NCBI RefSeq assembly: GCF_006345805.1
Contig: NC_042999.1
Location: 133,176,001 to 133,240,000, forward strand
DNA: 64,000 bases
Reading direction: 5' to 3'
Source: Octopus sinensis
Taxonomy: Eukaryota
Part shown: positions 25,817-39,296 of the stretch, in pieces
How the letters are laid out: every line of letters starts with the position of its first letter
Position numbering within the stretch: position 1 is the first letter of the stretch
The notes under the pieces: generated by a model
What the model saw: the letters and a program-made list of their open reading frames with translations, nothing else
What the model was told of the DNA's origin: nothing
Databases searched by the model: none
Position numbers and translations under genes: made by a program

Positions 25817-27035
25817 TGATGTAATATTAGTAGGAAAAGGAGGAGGATGAAACAATAAGTATTTAAATTATATTCCTTTACATTTACACTAACGACTTTT
25901 GTTTCATGTTACCTTATTCCAGAAAGAATTTCCATTACCTCTACTATGTTATGGCTTAACTATTTAAGAGAGATGGACGACATGTACACCTGACAAAACA
26001 TCATTCAAGACTACATTCTAATTATACAGTTACTATTAAGTTCACTTTTCTAACAAATTACTTCTGTTATCCGGATAATAATAAATACTCTTTTACATTA
26101 TACATATTAAATTACATTTATGCAACATTTACAAGAAATATTTCATTTCCCCCTAATTCTAAATAAACCAACAATTAATCTCATTCTTGTAATAAAAGAA
26201 AAAACTACGATACGTAATTCCTTAATTTTGGTCTATTACGAGACAGATTCTATGTGAATTGGTTGATTCCTTTGGAAAAAAAAAGGAAAAGGGAAGAACG
26301 CAGCTCAAATTAAGATAGAAATGGTGCCAGTTCTCCTATTGATAACCATATTCTGATTCACCAAAGACGTCTGTTCTAAAAAATACGCAAGCTAAATTGA
26401 TTAATAATTGAATATATTAATACAATCAACATGTAATTAAAATCAAACCAACAATCTTCTTTTAATCTGAACGTTTTATCAATGAGAACAAAACAAAGAG
26501 TCTAAACCTATTAGTTCACCATGTTTTCTAGTTTAATATTTAATCGATCAGCGTATTCATTAATTAATCCCCAACGGTAACGAAAAAAATAAACAAAGAA
26601 AACAATAAATGTTTCAATTATTTTAAATCTTGATAAAATAAACGTTCCGAACCTCCTGAAGACAACATCGACGACAATAAGACTCCACCACATGAGGTCG
26701 AACTACCTTAAGTAGTGCTGTTGTAGTAGAGACGATACTACTCAATAGAATCGGATACTGTTTCGATACATGCTTCAGAAATATTCGCTAAATGCATCGT
26801 CTTCGTGGTAAAAGTCATCTGATGTGTACACAGATACTATTGAATAGGAAAAATTATAACATTTACAGTCATTAAAATCTGGCTCAGCAGAGTATCACTC
26901 ATTATGACGTAATAATAATTATGGAAGACTGACTTATGGAGTTACGAAGTTTTATTAGCATACATACATACACACTCACACACACACATACATACATACA
27001 TACATATATATATATGTGTGTGTGTGTATATATAA

Positions 27036-27099
<64 letters not shown>

Positions 27100-27154
27100 C
27101 TATATATATATATAATATATATATAATATATATATATATATTTATGTATATATA

Positions 27155-27238
27155 CAGACACACACATATATACTAATGCATCTGTATGTTGTCTACACCA
27201 CCTGTTTTCGTCTTTTGCTTTTTTGTGAATTCTCCCTG

Positions 27239-27318
<80 letters not shown>

Positions 27319-27539
27319 ATGTATGTATGCATATATATACTCTTTTACTGTTTCAGTCATTTTACTGCGGCCATACTGTAGCACCGCCTTTAGTCGAGCA
27401 AATCGACCCTGGGACTTATTCTTTGTAAGCCCAGTACTTATTCTATCGGTCTCTTTTGCCGAACCGCTAAGTGACGGGGACATAAACACACCAGCATCCG
27501 TTGTCATGTAATGCTAGGGGGACAAACACAGACATACAA

Positions 27540-27597
<58 letters not shown>

Positions 27598-27838
27598 GAT
27601 AGGCTTCTTCAGTTTCCGTCTACCAAATCCACTCATAAGGCATTGGTCGGCCCGGGGCTATAACAGAAGACACTTGCCTAAGATGCCACGCAGTGGGACT
27701 GAACCCGGAACCATGTGGTAGGTTAGCAAGCTACTTACCACACAGCCACTCCTGCGCCTATATATATATATAATATATATATATATATGTAGAGAGAGAG
27801 AGAGATGTACATAGCTATATATACATACATACATATAC

Positions 27839-27874
<36 letters not shown>

Positions 27875-27877
27875 GTG

Positions 27878-27920
<43 letters not shown>

Positions 27921-28046
27921 TATATATTATATATATATATATTATATATATATATATTATTATATATATATATATGTAGAGAGAGAGAGAGAGAGATGTA
28001 CATAGTTATATATACATACATACATATACATACATACATACATACA

Positions 28047-28082
<36 letters not shown>

Positions 28083-28139
28083 TATATGTATGTATATATA
28101 TATATATGTGTATATATATAAATATATATATATAAATAT

Positions 28140-28218
<79 letters not shown>

Positions 28219-28299
28219 CACACACAATATATACTAATGCATCTGTATGTTGTCTACACCACCTGTTTTCGTCTTTTGCTTTTTTGTGAATTCTCCCTG

Positions 28300-28373
<74 letters not shown>

Positions 28374-28593
28374 GTATGTATGCATATATATACTCTTTTA
28401 CTTGTTTCAGTCATTTTACTGCGGCCATACTGTAGCACCGCCTTTAGTCGAGCAAATCGACCCTGGGACTTATTCTTTGTAAGCCCAGTACTTATTCTAT
28501 CGGTCTCTTTTGCCGAACCGCTAAGTGACGGGGACATAAACACACCAGCATCCGTTGTCATGTAATGCTAGGGGGACAAACACAGACATACAA

Positions 28594-28677
<84 letters not shown>

Positions 28678-28836
28678 GATAGGCTTCTTTCAGTTTCCGT
28701 CTACCAAATCCACTCACAAGGCATTGGTCGGCCCGGGGCTATAACAGAAGACACTTGCCTAAGATGCCACGCAGTGGGACTGAACCGGAACCATGTGGTA
28801 GGTTAGCAAGCTACTTACCACACAGCCACTCCTGCG

Positions 28837-28872
<36 letters not shown>

Positions 28873-28910
28873 GAGAGAGAGAGAGATGTACATAGCTATA
28901 TATACATACA

Positions 28911-28961
<51 letters not shown>

Positions 28962-28979
28962 GTGTGTATATATATAAAT

Positions 28980-29011
<32 letters not shown>

Positions 29012-29012
29012 A

Positions 29013-29043
<31 letters not shown>

Positions 29044-29151
29044 TATGTTTATATATATATGTTATATATATATATAATGTAGAGAGAGAGAGAGAGAGAT
29101 GTACATAGTTATATATACATACATACATACATACATACATACATACATACA

Positions 29152-29187
<36 letters not shown>

Positions 29188-29290
29188 TATATGTATGTAT
29201 ATATATATGTGTATATATATAAATATATATATAATATATATAAATATATATATATATTTATATATATATATTTATGTTTATATATATAAA
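27155..29290. repeat. About 1.07-kb tandem duplication of a PLE tail piece, SINE A and microsatellites
   Basis: 27165-27758 and 28226-28838 are nearly identical, including shared SINE substitutions (ttttactgcggccatactgtagc). Confidence 0.85.
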
Positions 29291-29624
29291 GTTAATCGTC
29301 GCATCAGAACGGCTGTCCCGTGTTTCAACTAGTTTACCTCCAGACAGTTCTTCCGCCAGCTAGTTATCAGTGCAGCGCTGCACCCTGTATATAAAGTATA
29401 CATTGCTAACAGGGGGACAGAACCCCTACCATCCTCTAGCAGACAACGGTATCGCAAGAATGACTCAGTTTCGAGATGGTTGTCTTATCATCAGTCGCGA
29501 GTACCTGGTCCAGTGTTCGCTCCAGCCAACGATATATTGTAAACAAAGCGACCATCGGTCACTGATTTGCAACAAACAAATTAGCCAGTCGTAAAATCCC
29601 AAGAAGAGATCGAGGTAGTAACTA

Positions 29625-30896
29625 CGAGGGGCGTTCAATAAGTAATGCCCCTGACCCACTTCCCATAGCAGTAGAGTAACGAAACTTGGCACAGGTATTA
29701 GTATTTTTCAGCATAGGAACAACACATAGTTACGCATTTCTCCCATCGTTTGATGCAGCTCTGGAGACCGTTTTCGTAGAAGACCCCAGCTTAGTCCTCC
29801 AACCACGACGTTACTTCAGAAATCAAGGCTGCATCATCTGGGAAACGCTTTCCTTTCACAAACAACTTCATGGCTGGGAAGAGGTGAAAATCAGAGGGTG
29901 CAAGGTCAGGAGAGTAGGGGGATGGGGGAAGAGTTCATAGCCGCACACCTGTGCTTCTGATCTGGCGACACGTGAGTTGTGGACCGGAGTGTTGTCCTGC
30001 AGGAGGAGGATGCCTTTGCTGATCTTGCCCCGCCTCTTGGTTTTGATAGCTTCTCTTACTTTCCTCAAAAGTGAAGCATGATAGGCTCCTGTAATCGTGG
30101 TACCCTTTGCCAGCAAATCTGTAATCACTACTCCGTCCTGGTCCCAGAAGACTGTGAGCATGACCTTGCCAGCGGAGGGCTGCTCCTTTGCCTACTTTGG
30201 AGGAGGTGAGTCATGGTTCTTCCACTGCATTGACTGGGCTTTGGTCTCTGGATCATAGTGATGGACCCTGGTCTCATCCTGTGTAATCAGTCTTTTGAAA
30301 AATGTTTGACTCATCTTCTTGGCACATCCCTAAATCCATCCTCGAGCACTCGACGCATTTTTGCTTCTGGAAAAGTGTGGGCAACCTGGGAATCCATCTG
30401 GCAGACACCTTTTGCATATGCAAATGGTCATGAATGATAGTTTCCACAGACCCGGTACTAATCTTGACCCCATGGGCTATTTGTCGAATAGTTATGCGTC
30501 GATCTTCCAAAATGGCAGCCTCAACTTGACGGACAGATGCCTCATCAATGGCAGAATGGCTGCGACCAGATCTGGGAGCTGTTTCCACAGAGTTCCGACC
30601 ATGTTTGAATTCACGATGCCAGCGTTTTACAAGGTCATATGATGGGGTATCATCACCATAAGTTACTTTCATTTCATCAAAAGTCTCCTGTGGTGTGCGT
30701 CATTTCAAATACAAAAACCGGATCACTGCTCGACACTCAACAGGCTCCATTTCCCACTTGACTCATTTCAAACACATGTAAATCACAAACCAAAATTAGT
30801 TCGGATCTGTAATTTGCCACTTAATCTATAGAGATATAAATAATTGCACATGCAACGGCAAGTGGGTCAGAGGCATTATTTATTGAACGCTCCTCG
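29625..30896 (-). mobile_element. Mariner transposon (irritans-like), full length, decayed
   Basis: TIRs cgaggggcgttcaataagtaatgcccctgacccactt / aagtgggtcagaggcattatttattgaacgctcctcg; TA on both sides. Confidence 0.95.
29698..30750 (-). pseudogene. Mariner DD34D transposase, disrupted
   Basis: MEPVECRAVIRFLYLK*..., RSGR, WIPRL, TVFWD, LLQDN, C-terminal IKRWEKCV...EKY*; stop and frameshifts. Confidence 0.92.
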
Positions 30897-31072
30897 TATA
30901 TTTAATCGCCACATCAAAGTGACTGTTGCATTGTACCACTAGTTTAACTCGAGGCAGATCTTCTGCCGGCCGGTTATCGTTGCGGCGATACACGTATGTG
31001 TGTGTGTGTATGTGTGTGTGTGTGGGTGTGTGTGTGTGTGTGTGTGCGTGTGTATATATATATATAGATATA

Positions 31073-31121
<49 letters not shown>

Positions 31122-31134
31122 CTTATATATATAT

Positions 31135-31179
<45 letters not shown>

Positions 31180-31220
31180 CTATAGATATATATATATATA
31201 ATATATATATATATACATAT

Positions 31221-31570
31221 ATTATGTGAAATAGAAAGATGAATAATCTTGTAGTAGATTAATCAAAAGTTTAACCGATACCTTGGTAGCAAAAATCACA
31301 GCAGTAAACAGCACGGTTGGAGGTACAACCATATGGTGTTGCAACCGAGCGTTGGTGCGGATAATTGAAATTAAAATATTATTGGTGAATTGAAGAAATG
31401 GAGCTGAACGAAGATTGAACAGAAATCGTTTTATTTCATTCTACACGTGCCTTTCGAAACACGTGTAGAATGAAATAAAACGATTTCTGTTCAATCTTCG
31501 TTCAGCTCCATTTCTTCAATTCACCAATATATTATATATACATATATATATATATACTTATATATATATA

Positions 31571-31650
<80 letters not shown>

Positions 31651-31962
31651 TTATGTGAAATAGAAAGATGAATAATCTTGTAGTAGATTAATCAAAAGTT
31701 TAACCGATACCTTGGTAGCAAAAATCACAGCATTAAACAGCACGGTTGGAGGTACAACCATATGGTGTTGCAACCGAGCGTTGGTGCGGATAATTGAAAT
31801 TAAAATATTATTGGTGAATTGAAGAAATGGAGCTGAACGAAGATTGAACAGAAATCGTTTTATTTCATTCTACACGTGCCTTTCGAAACACGTGTAGAAT
31901 GAAATAAAACGATTTCTGTTCAATCTTCGTTCAGCTCCATTTCTTCAATTCACCAATAATAT

Positions 31963-31963
<1 letters not shown>
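31221..31963. repeat. Two tandem copies of an element in (TA)n containing a perfect about 70-bp-arm hairpin
   Basis: Arms 31381-31449 / 31460-31528 and 31804-31878 / 31889-31963; apex carries cGAAAC-acgt-GTA (hammerhead 3' half). Confidence 0.9.
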
Positions 31964-32013
<50 letters not shown>

Positions 32014-32146
32014 CATATATATATAATTTAGATTCAGATGAATATGGTACTTAAGTTGAGTCACCAGAATTTAGTATGGTATTATCCTTACAATTTCAAA
32101 GTAAGGTGATTAAAATCAAAATACGCAACAAGGATATCTAGAGGTA

Positions 32147-32235
32147 ATGCAATACGATCGTTTCATGCAACTCCATTTAATTGAACAATGAAATCATTAT
32201 ATCAATTTAAAATGCAGAGCAATCCTCAGTTGCAC
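32147..32235 (-). ncRNA. Type I hammerhead ribozyme motif, intact core
   Basis: gtgcaa-CTGAGGA-ttgc...gcat-GAAAC-gatc-GTA-ttgcat: 6-bp stem I, palindromic stem III (ACGATCGT), long AU-rich stem II. Confidence 0.75.
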
Positions 32236-32334
32236 AATGACATGGAATTTAATTAAATTAGAACAAATGGAAACTTTAGTATAATTATACGTAAAATCTC
32301 CAAGAAGTTAAGGAGATAGACAAAGAACATACTC

Positions 32335-32377
32335 TCTCCACTCCAGCATAGAAGTAATTTCTATGCTGGAGTGGAGA
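32335..32377. repeat. Perfect 19-bp hairpin
   Basis: tctccactccagcatagaa-gtaat-ttctatgctggagtggaga. Confidence 0.9.
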
Positions 32378-32389
32378 CAACATATTGTT

Positions 32390-33460
32390 TTCTACTCTTG
32401 GCACAAGGCCTGAAATTTTGGGGGATGGGGCCAATCGATTAAATCGAATCCAGTACTTAACTGGTACTTAATTTATCGACCCCGAAAGATGAAAGGCAAA
32501 GTCGACCTCGGCGGAATTTGAACTCAGAACGTAACGGCAGACGAAATACGGCTACGCATTTTGCCCGGCGTGCTAACGTTTCTGCTAGCTCACCGCCTTA
32601 AAGGATAATAACAATAATGGCTTCAAATTTTGGCATAAGGCCAGCAATTTGGAGGAGAAAAAACGTCGATCAACTGGAAATTATTTCATGATACCCCGAA
32701 GAATGAAACACAAGGTCTACCTCGACAGAATTCGAACTCACATCGTACAAACCCGGAAAAAATATCGGCGTGCTAACGATTCTTATTTTTTATTGCTCAC
32801 AAGGGGTTAAACATAGAGGGGACAAAAGAGGACAGACAAAGGGATGAAGTCAATTACATCGACCCCAGTGCGTAACTGGTACTTATTTATGGACCCCGAA
32901 AGGATGAAAGGCAAATTCGACCTCGGCAGAATTTGAACTCAGAACGTAAAGACAGACGGAATACCTATTTCTTTATTACCCACAAGGGGCTAAACATAGA
33001 GGTGACAAACAAGGACAGGCATAGGTATTAAGTCGATTACATCGCCCCCAGTGCGGGACTGGTACTTAATTTATCCACCCTGAAATGATGAAAGGCAAAG
33101 TCGACCTCGGCGGAATTTGAACTCAGAACGTAGCGGCAGACGAAATACCTATTTCTTTACTACCCACAAAGGGTTAAACACAGAGAGGACAAACAAGGAC
33201 AGACAAACGGATTAAGTCGATTATATCGACCCCAGTGCGTAACTGGTACTTATTTAATCGACCCCGAAAGGATGAAAGGCAAAGTCGACCTCGGCGGAAT
33301 TTGAACTGAGAAAGTAAACGGCAGACGAAATACCGCTAAGCATTTCGCCCGGCATGCTAACGTTTCTGCCAGCTCGCCGCCTTAAAACTGGAATACTTAT
33401 TTCTTTATGACCCGCGGGGGCCTAAGATAAATGGAACAAACAAAGACAGACAAGGACCGC
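32390..33460 (-). mobile_element. SINE B cluster with tail-1 concatemer
   Basis: Units joined at aagaaatag|gtatt (minus strand) near 32965 and 33149. Confidence 0.9.
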
Positions 33461-33744
33461 CTTCTTAAAACTGAATTATTAAAGCCAGAATGTTTACAAG
33501 GAACTCTTAAACTTGAAAAAGTTGGAATCATGGTATCATAGCTTATTTCTCTTGAAAATAATTTCAAGGGCTCAAAATGTTGTGAAATACTTGATCCCTC
33601 TTATAGTCATTCTTTACTCTGCGGAATTGATCCCCGTAAAGACATCGGAGTCTAAGTTTAAATCATTTAAGCGGTACTAAGTGTCTTCCATATACAGAAT
33701 CTCTACATCTCATCTGTTGACAATATATATTCATTTAGACCTTC

Positions 33745-33960
33745 TTTTCTTCTTTTAGTTGTTTCAGTCACTTGACTGCGGCCATGCTGGAACACCACCT
33801 TGAAAGGTTTTAGTCGAACAAGTCGACACCAGGACTTCTTTTTTAAGCCTAATACTTATGGTATCAGTCACTGTTGCCGAACCGTTAAGTTACGGGGGTC
33901 GTAAACACACCAACACCAGTTGTCAAACGGTAACGGGGGTAGGGGCAAATACGAAGACAA
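33745..33960 (-). mobile_element. SINE family A, 3' half, decayed
   Basis: Similarity to 3290-3490. Confidence 0.75.
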
Positions 33961-34259
33961 ATATATATATATATGGCTGCATCTCTCCTACCTACGGATC
34001 ACTGGGGACTCAACTCTTGATGAAGAATCCTTGCAATACACCACGACGTCAAAAACCCTTTGAACTTTACGTAAAACTGTTATTATTATCATTACTTTCT
34101 TTATACTTTCGAAACTTTCCTGTATTTTCTGGTCTTTCCTTTTGTCGTCTCTTCCTACTCTGGATGTCCTTACTCTGTTTTCTCTAGTCTGCACCCGTTT
34201 CTAGTCTCCCTCCGTTTCTTTTCTCTCTTCATCTTCTCTTCTCCCTTTCTCCCAGTCAC

Positions 34260-34497
34260 CATGATAGATCGTTAGTCACTACACACATTTTTCTCTCCTT
34301 TTTCTCTCTCCTTTTTTTCTCTCCTTTTTTTCTCTCCTTGTTTCTCTCCTTGTTTTTTTCTGTGTCCCTTTCTGTAGAAAAGCGTAGGCTCGAAACATAA
34401 AATACTTTTTCTATTCCTGAGCGTTATACTAATACATCTGTTTGTTTTGTACACCACCTGTCTTCGTCTTTTGTTTTTTTTCGTAAACTCTCCCTCA
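34260..34497 (+). mobile_element. Penelope-like pLTR fragment ending at (TA)n
   Basis: aagc-gtag-gctc-GAAAC hammerhead remnant; its last about 70 bp recur alone in TA arrays at 27171 and 28233. Confidence 0.55.
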
Positions 34498-34602
34498 TAT
34501 ATATATATATACATTTAATCCAAACGGGAAAACAAAAAAACAACAACAATGGAACAATTACAGTATTATTATTAATAGGCGCTCAGGAAATGGAAGCAGG
34601 AA

Positions 34603-34637
34603 GATATACGTTTCGAGCGGAGCTCTTCGTCGGAAAG
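34603..34637 (-). ncRNA. Minimal hammerhead variant (family of 45128)
   Basis: CCGACGA-A-gagc-tcc-gctc-GAAACGTA; stem I degenerate. Confidence 0.5.
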
Positions 34638-34959
34638 ATAAAAAGGAAGAGAGAGAAAGAAAGATCCCAAGCGGGCAACAGGAGATAGAGTAAAAAACGA
34701 CTGGTGTTTACGAGTTACACATGGTGAAAGGCGAAGTTTACGATAACAAGAGCAAAGTAGGTTTTTAAACCAAAAGAGGGGAGACAAGGTTGGTAACGCA
34801 ACAGATGTGTGTGTATGTGTGAGTGTGTGCGTGTGCGTGGTGTGTATGTGTGTGTGTGAGGCGAGATAAAAAAACAAAAAATATATGTATGTGTTAGTGT
34901 GTGCGTCTGTGTGTAGGCGTGTGAGGTAGGGCGAGACAGTAGTAGGCATAGCAGACAAT

Positions 34960-35205
34960 GCAGGGTGCGTAAGATATCTGAGGGTAAATTTAATGATTTA
35001 TAAAATAAAACAGATACATAATAACAGATAATAACTTTATTTATTAAAAAAATACTATGAGGATAAAAATAAACATTCTTTTCAATAAAGTCACCTTCAG
35101 CTTCAACAACTGCTTCTATATGAGATCTAAACCATCTACATACTCGAATCAAGTGGTCCTGGTTCATTTTGGTCATTACTCTGACTATGGCAGCTTTTAA
35201 ACGCA
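34960..35205 (-). pseudogene. maT/Tc1-like transposase C-terminus plus terminal repeat
   Basis: LKAAIVRVMTKMNQDHLIRVCRWFRSHIEAVVEAEGDFIE; end cagggtgcgtaagata. Confidence 0.75.
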
Positions 35206-35750
35206 GGCTATTTTCTCGCCTCTGTCTTTTCTGGACGCGACGCGTACTTAACTGGATGTCATTTTCTCTCGCCTCCCAACATTTTTTCTCTTCCAATATT
35301 TTCTTCTTTTTTATTTATTCAACATCCTTTCAGCATTTCTCCCAAGCGTTAGCCATTAAAATGCGTCTTGGCCTAACGGCTTTTAATGTTGATCTTCGTC
35401 GATTGTTTACTCGGTACGTCCACTCTGTCGTTGTTTGTTCGTTCGAAGCTCTAACTCTCAAAAAATTCTATATTCTAAAAATGTCTTGTTGCTACTGTAT
35501 TACGAAGTTTTCCTATATTATCGTTGAAAGCTCGAAATAGGGAATAATTAACAGTCAAGAACTGAGGAGGGGTTAGACTTGGTATTTTGTCCCGTACTTG
35601 TCTCTCATTGTGTGTTTACGTATTTTTCACTCGTTGGTGATGTCCTGTTCTTATTATATAGTTTCTGGTAATTCGTCCTGTACTTGATGTATTTTGTGTT
35701 TATTTATTTATAATCGAACGCCACGCAGCCTTCTCCACAGTAAGTTTTTA

Positions 35751-35788
<38 letters not shown>

Positions 35789-35791
<3 letters not shown>

Positions 35792-36157
35792 TATATAATT
35801 AGGGCTTAGTAAAATAAATTACTTTGCCACATACTGAACTTTCTAGAAATAGCAGCCAAGTTGACGTTCTCAAATGATCTTTGTACTTGTGATATTTTTA
35901 CTGTTTTTACCTCCATATCTTCGTGAGTTATTTTTGAGTAAACATTATCTGAGAGAAGTTTTCTTAAAGTAGTGGAAATGGCTAAAAACTTTTTGGCTGC
36001 TATTTCTAGAAAGTTCAGTATGTGGCAAAGTAATTTATTTTACTAAGCCCTAATTATATAATGTGATATTTTGAATTCGTCTTAAATGGTCCTTTTACAT
36101 ACTGAACACTACTTGGTGAAATTGATTAACTAATTAATTTTACCCTCAATTGTTGAT
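35789..36157. mobile_element. Fold-back element in (TA)n with perfect 71-bp inverted repeat
   Basis: 35789-35859 is the reverse complement of 35993-36063; a related fragment lies at about 44385-44465, also in (TA)n. Confidence 0.8.
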
Positions 36158-36305
36158 ATATATATATATATATGTAGGTCCCGGGTTGAGTCGGGGTTAA
36201 CCACAGTAAATAAGGTACTCAATACATAGCAGAGTGAATTAATTTATTATATATATATATAACGAAAGGGGTAGTGTTTCCACGCAGGAAATAATATAGG
36301 AAAAT

Positions 36306-36840
36306 GTGTTGTTGAAAATGCACCTGAATTGTTTAAAATACATTTATTTACATATATACCAAACTAGTTTCAACAATATTTTTTGTTTATCAATGGTAAA
36401 AGTTTAAAATTATGAATTAGAAAAGAACATCTTTAAAAGTTTTAATGTTGACAAATTAAAATGTTTCAATGTTGACAAAATAAAATGTTTCACTGTTGAC
36501 AAATTAACATGTTCAAAACAGATAAATTTAGCATTAGGAATTAGGAGGACAGGTGTAAATTTGACTGTTCATAGCAGTTAATAATATAAAAACAGTATAT
36601 CAGTTTGTTTGAATGTACAAAGTTCATTAATTTTAGTGGTGGTCGACAAGTCATACTCAGGAAAAAAAAAAAAACAAACAGAAAAAACAAGGGAGAAATG
36701 AAAATAGTAAAAAGAGAGAATTTGGTATACAGTTACTCTGATCCTCTTTCCGTAAACGCTTTCGATTGTAGTGAAAGCGTCTACGGAAAAATTTTAAACA
36801 TTTACGATTTTTTGAAATTTAGGTGCATTTTCAACAACAC
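36306..36840. mobile_element. Fold-back element with degenerate hammerhead (minus strand, 36357-36398)
   Basis: 25-bp IR 36306-36330 / 36816-36840; tacca-tTGATaA-acaa...ttgtt-GAAAC-ta-GTT-tggta; internal 24-bp repeat x3 at about 36445-36515. Confidence 0.55.
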
Positions 36841-36949
36841 TCTTCCTCTTGTGTGTGTGTGTTTGCGTGTTTGTGCGCGCGTGTGTATGTATGTGTGCAA
36901 AATACAAAATGATATTTATGTAAATGTATATTTATTTTATCTCCCATTT

Positions 36950-37173
36950 TAGTTGTTTCAGGGTACCACCCTGAAGAATTTTAGTCCGAATTGACCCCAT
37001 AACTTGTTTTTCAAGCCTGGTACTTATTCTATTGGACTCATTTGCTGACCGGTCCCTTATGAGGACGTAAACACACTAACACCTGTTGTCAAGAGGCATT
37101 TGGAAGCAATCACAGACACACATAAATATGTATATGATATATATGTGTATACATATACATGTATTGGCTTCCA

Positions 37174-37261
<88 letters not shown>

Positions 37262-37830
37262 GTGTGTGTGTATATATATGTATGTATTTAAATGTATGTA
37301 TATAAATGTATATAAACGTATATTTATGTGTATTTGTGTATGTATATATATGTGTGTGTGTGTGTGTACGACGAGGTTCTTTCAGTTTGCGTCTACCAAA
37401 TTCATTCACAAGGCTTTGATCGGCCCGATGATATAGTAGAAGACACTTGCCCAAGGTGGCACGCAATGGGACTGAACCCGGAACTATGCGGTGGTTGGGA
37501 AGCAAGCTTTTTACAATACAACCATGCCTCTATTCTTTTTTCTTTTACTTGTTTCAATCATTTCACCGCTGGAACATGCTGAACCCAAGGACTTATTCTT
37601 TGTAAGTTTTGTACTTCCCCTAACGGCCTCTTTTGCCAAACCGTTATGTTTTGGGGACGTAAACACACCAATATCTTGTCAAGCGATGGTGGAGGACAAA
37701 CATATATACATAATACATACATATACAAACATACACACACACACACACATACAGATATGCATATACACACACGACGGGCTTCTTTCAGGTTCCGTCTACC
37801 AAATCCACTCACAAGTCTTTGGTCAGCCGG
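36950..37830 (-). mobile_element. Two tandem decayed SINE A copies
   Basis: Family motifs with expanded internal microsatellites. Confidence 0.75.
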
Positions 37831-39257
37831 ACCTAGTCTTTTTCATTCGCAAAATATCCCCTTCAATTTTGCTTAGATTGCTTTCAACTTTGGTGTATCG
37901 ATACAACTCTGAATTTTGATTACGATCGACCAATTACTTTATCTCGTAAATGAAAGAATCTGATGCTATTTGGAATTAAAGTTGGGAAATTTGGGTAATT
38001 TTAACCAATCAACTGACAGCGAAGCATTAACAGCTTGTTACCTTGACAACCGCACATTGTGTTGTGCTCCACCCGCATGTTGTGTTGATTCTTCACACCA
38101 CGAGATTTACTTTATCCGCGTATTTTGTTTTAATAAAAATTTATATTTATCAATTAGAATTTTGTTATAGATATTTTTCACCAACTGTCTTAATGTTTTA
38201 CATATTTTTCATATATAGCAAAAGTTGTTTGCGATGTTTATACAGCATTGTGAAGATGAATGGAATATGTGAACTTAGTATAAATATTTTGACATTATTT
38301 TTGAATTCTGCATGCAAAAACATATAAGATACAGGTATTCTTTTTCTTGGGACAAATTCTTTATTGAACAGTGTTACTCTTATCGTAGTTTTCAAATCCA
38401 AGCATTAAAACGTTACTCAACTTTGAAGTTTTGGAGACAGACACCCATCTTCACACACACACGCACACACATATATTAATAACTTTCACAAATACATGAC
38501 AGGTAATCATAATACTGAAATACGCATAAAGTAAAAACATGCAGACAAATATATTAATATTACAAATAGAAACAGTAAGGTGATACATAGTGATTTTATT
38601 ATGTATTTCTATTCATTTAAAAACCTACAATGAAGAGGTCATTTCACAAACGCTAAACTATAAATTTCACAGGGTACAATCTAAAACTTGACACCGCTCC
38701 GCAAAACGAAGAAAATGTCTGTCCCGCTATTGGCTATAAATACACAGTTTTTTAAACCTCTGTAACTTTTTCCTCCAATTTTTATCTTCACAACATCATA
38801 CCTTCAAAGCAACCAGACCAGAAAACTTTATTATTATAGCCGTTACTGTCTTTTAAAAAACGCATATTTTGCGCATGAAAATAACTAGTCGGCCCGAAGC
38901 TATAGTATAAGACACTTGACCAATATGTCACGCAGTGGGACTGAACCCGGAACCAAGTGGTGGGGAAACAAGCTTCTTACCACACAGCCACTTCTATGCC
39001 TATATGTATGTTTATGTTTTCGTGCTTTTGTAAGTCATATCTGTTCCAATATTGTATACATGTATATGGTTGTATGTGCGTATATGTTTGCGTGTATGTC
39101 TGTGTATACGCACGCTCGTATTTCTGTGTGCGTGCTAGTGTGCATACCTGTTCTTTATTTCTGTCCATGCCATGCAAGCTTGTGTGTGTTTGTGTGCTTG
39201 CGTGTGTGTATGTGTGCGGGCGCCCGTGTGTGTATGTGTATTTGTGTGCGCGCGCGC

Positions 39258-39296
<39 letters not shown>

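Noticed and set aside
26700-26845. Candidate upstream exon (acceptor-like ttcaatag, donor-like aag|gtagtt) and a ctgaagc...gaaac motif
   Set aside because: All three frames hit a stop before the donor, and the ribozyme core is non-canonical without stems.
38725-38745. ATTGG plus TATAAATA promoter-like motif
   Set aside because: Spacing is too tight, no downstream gene is supported, and such motifs are expected by chance in AT-rich DNA.
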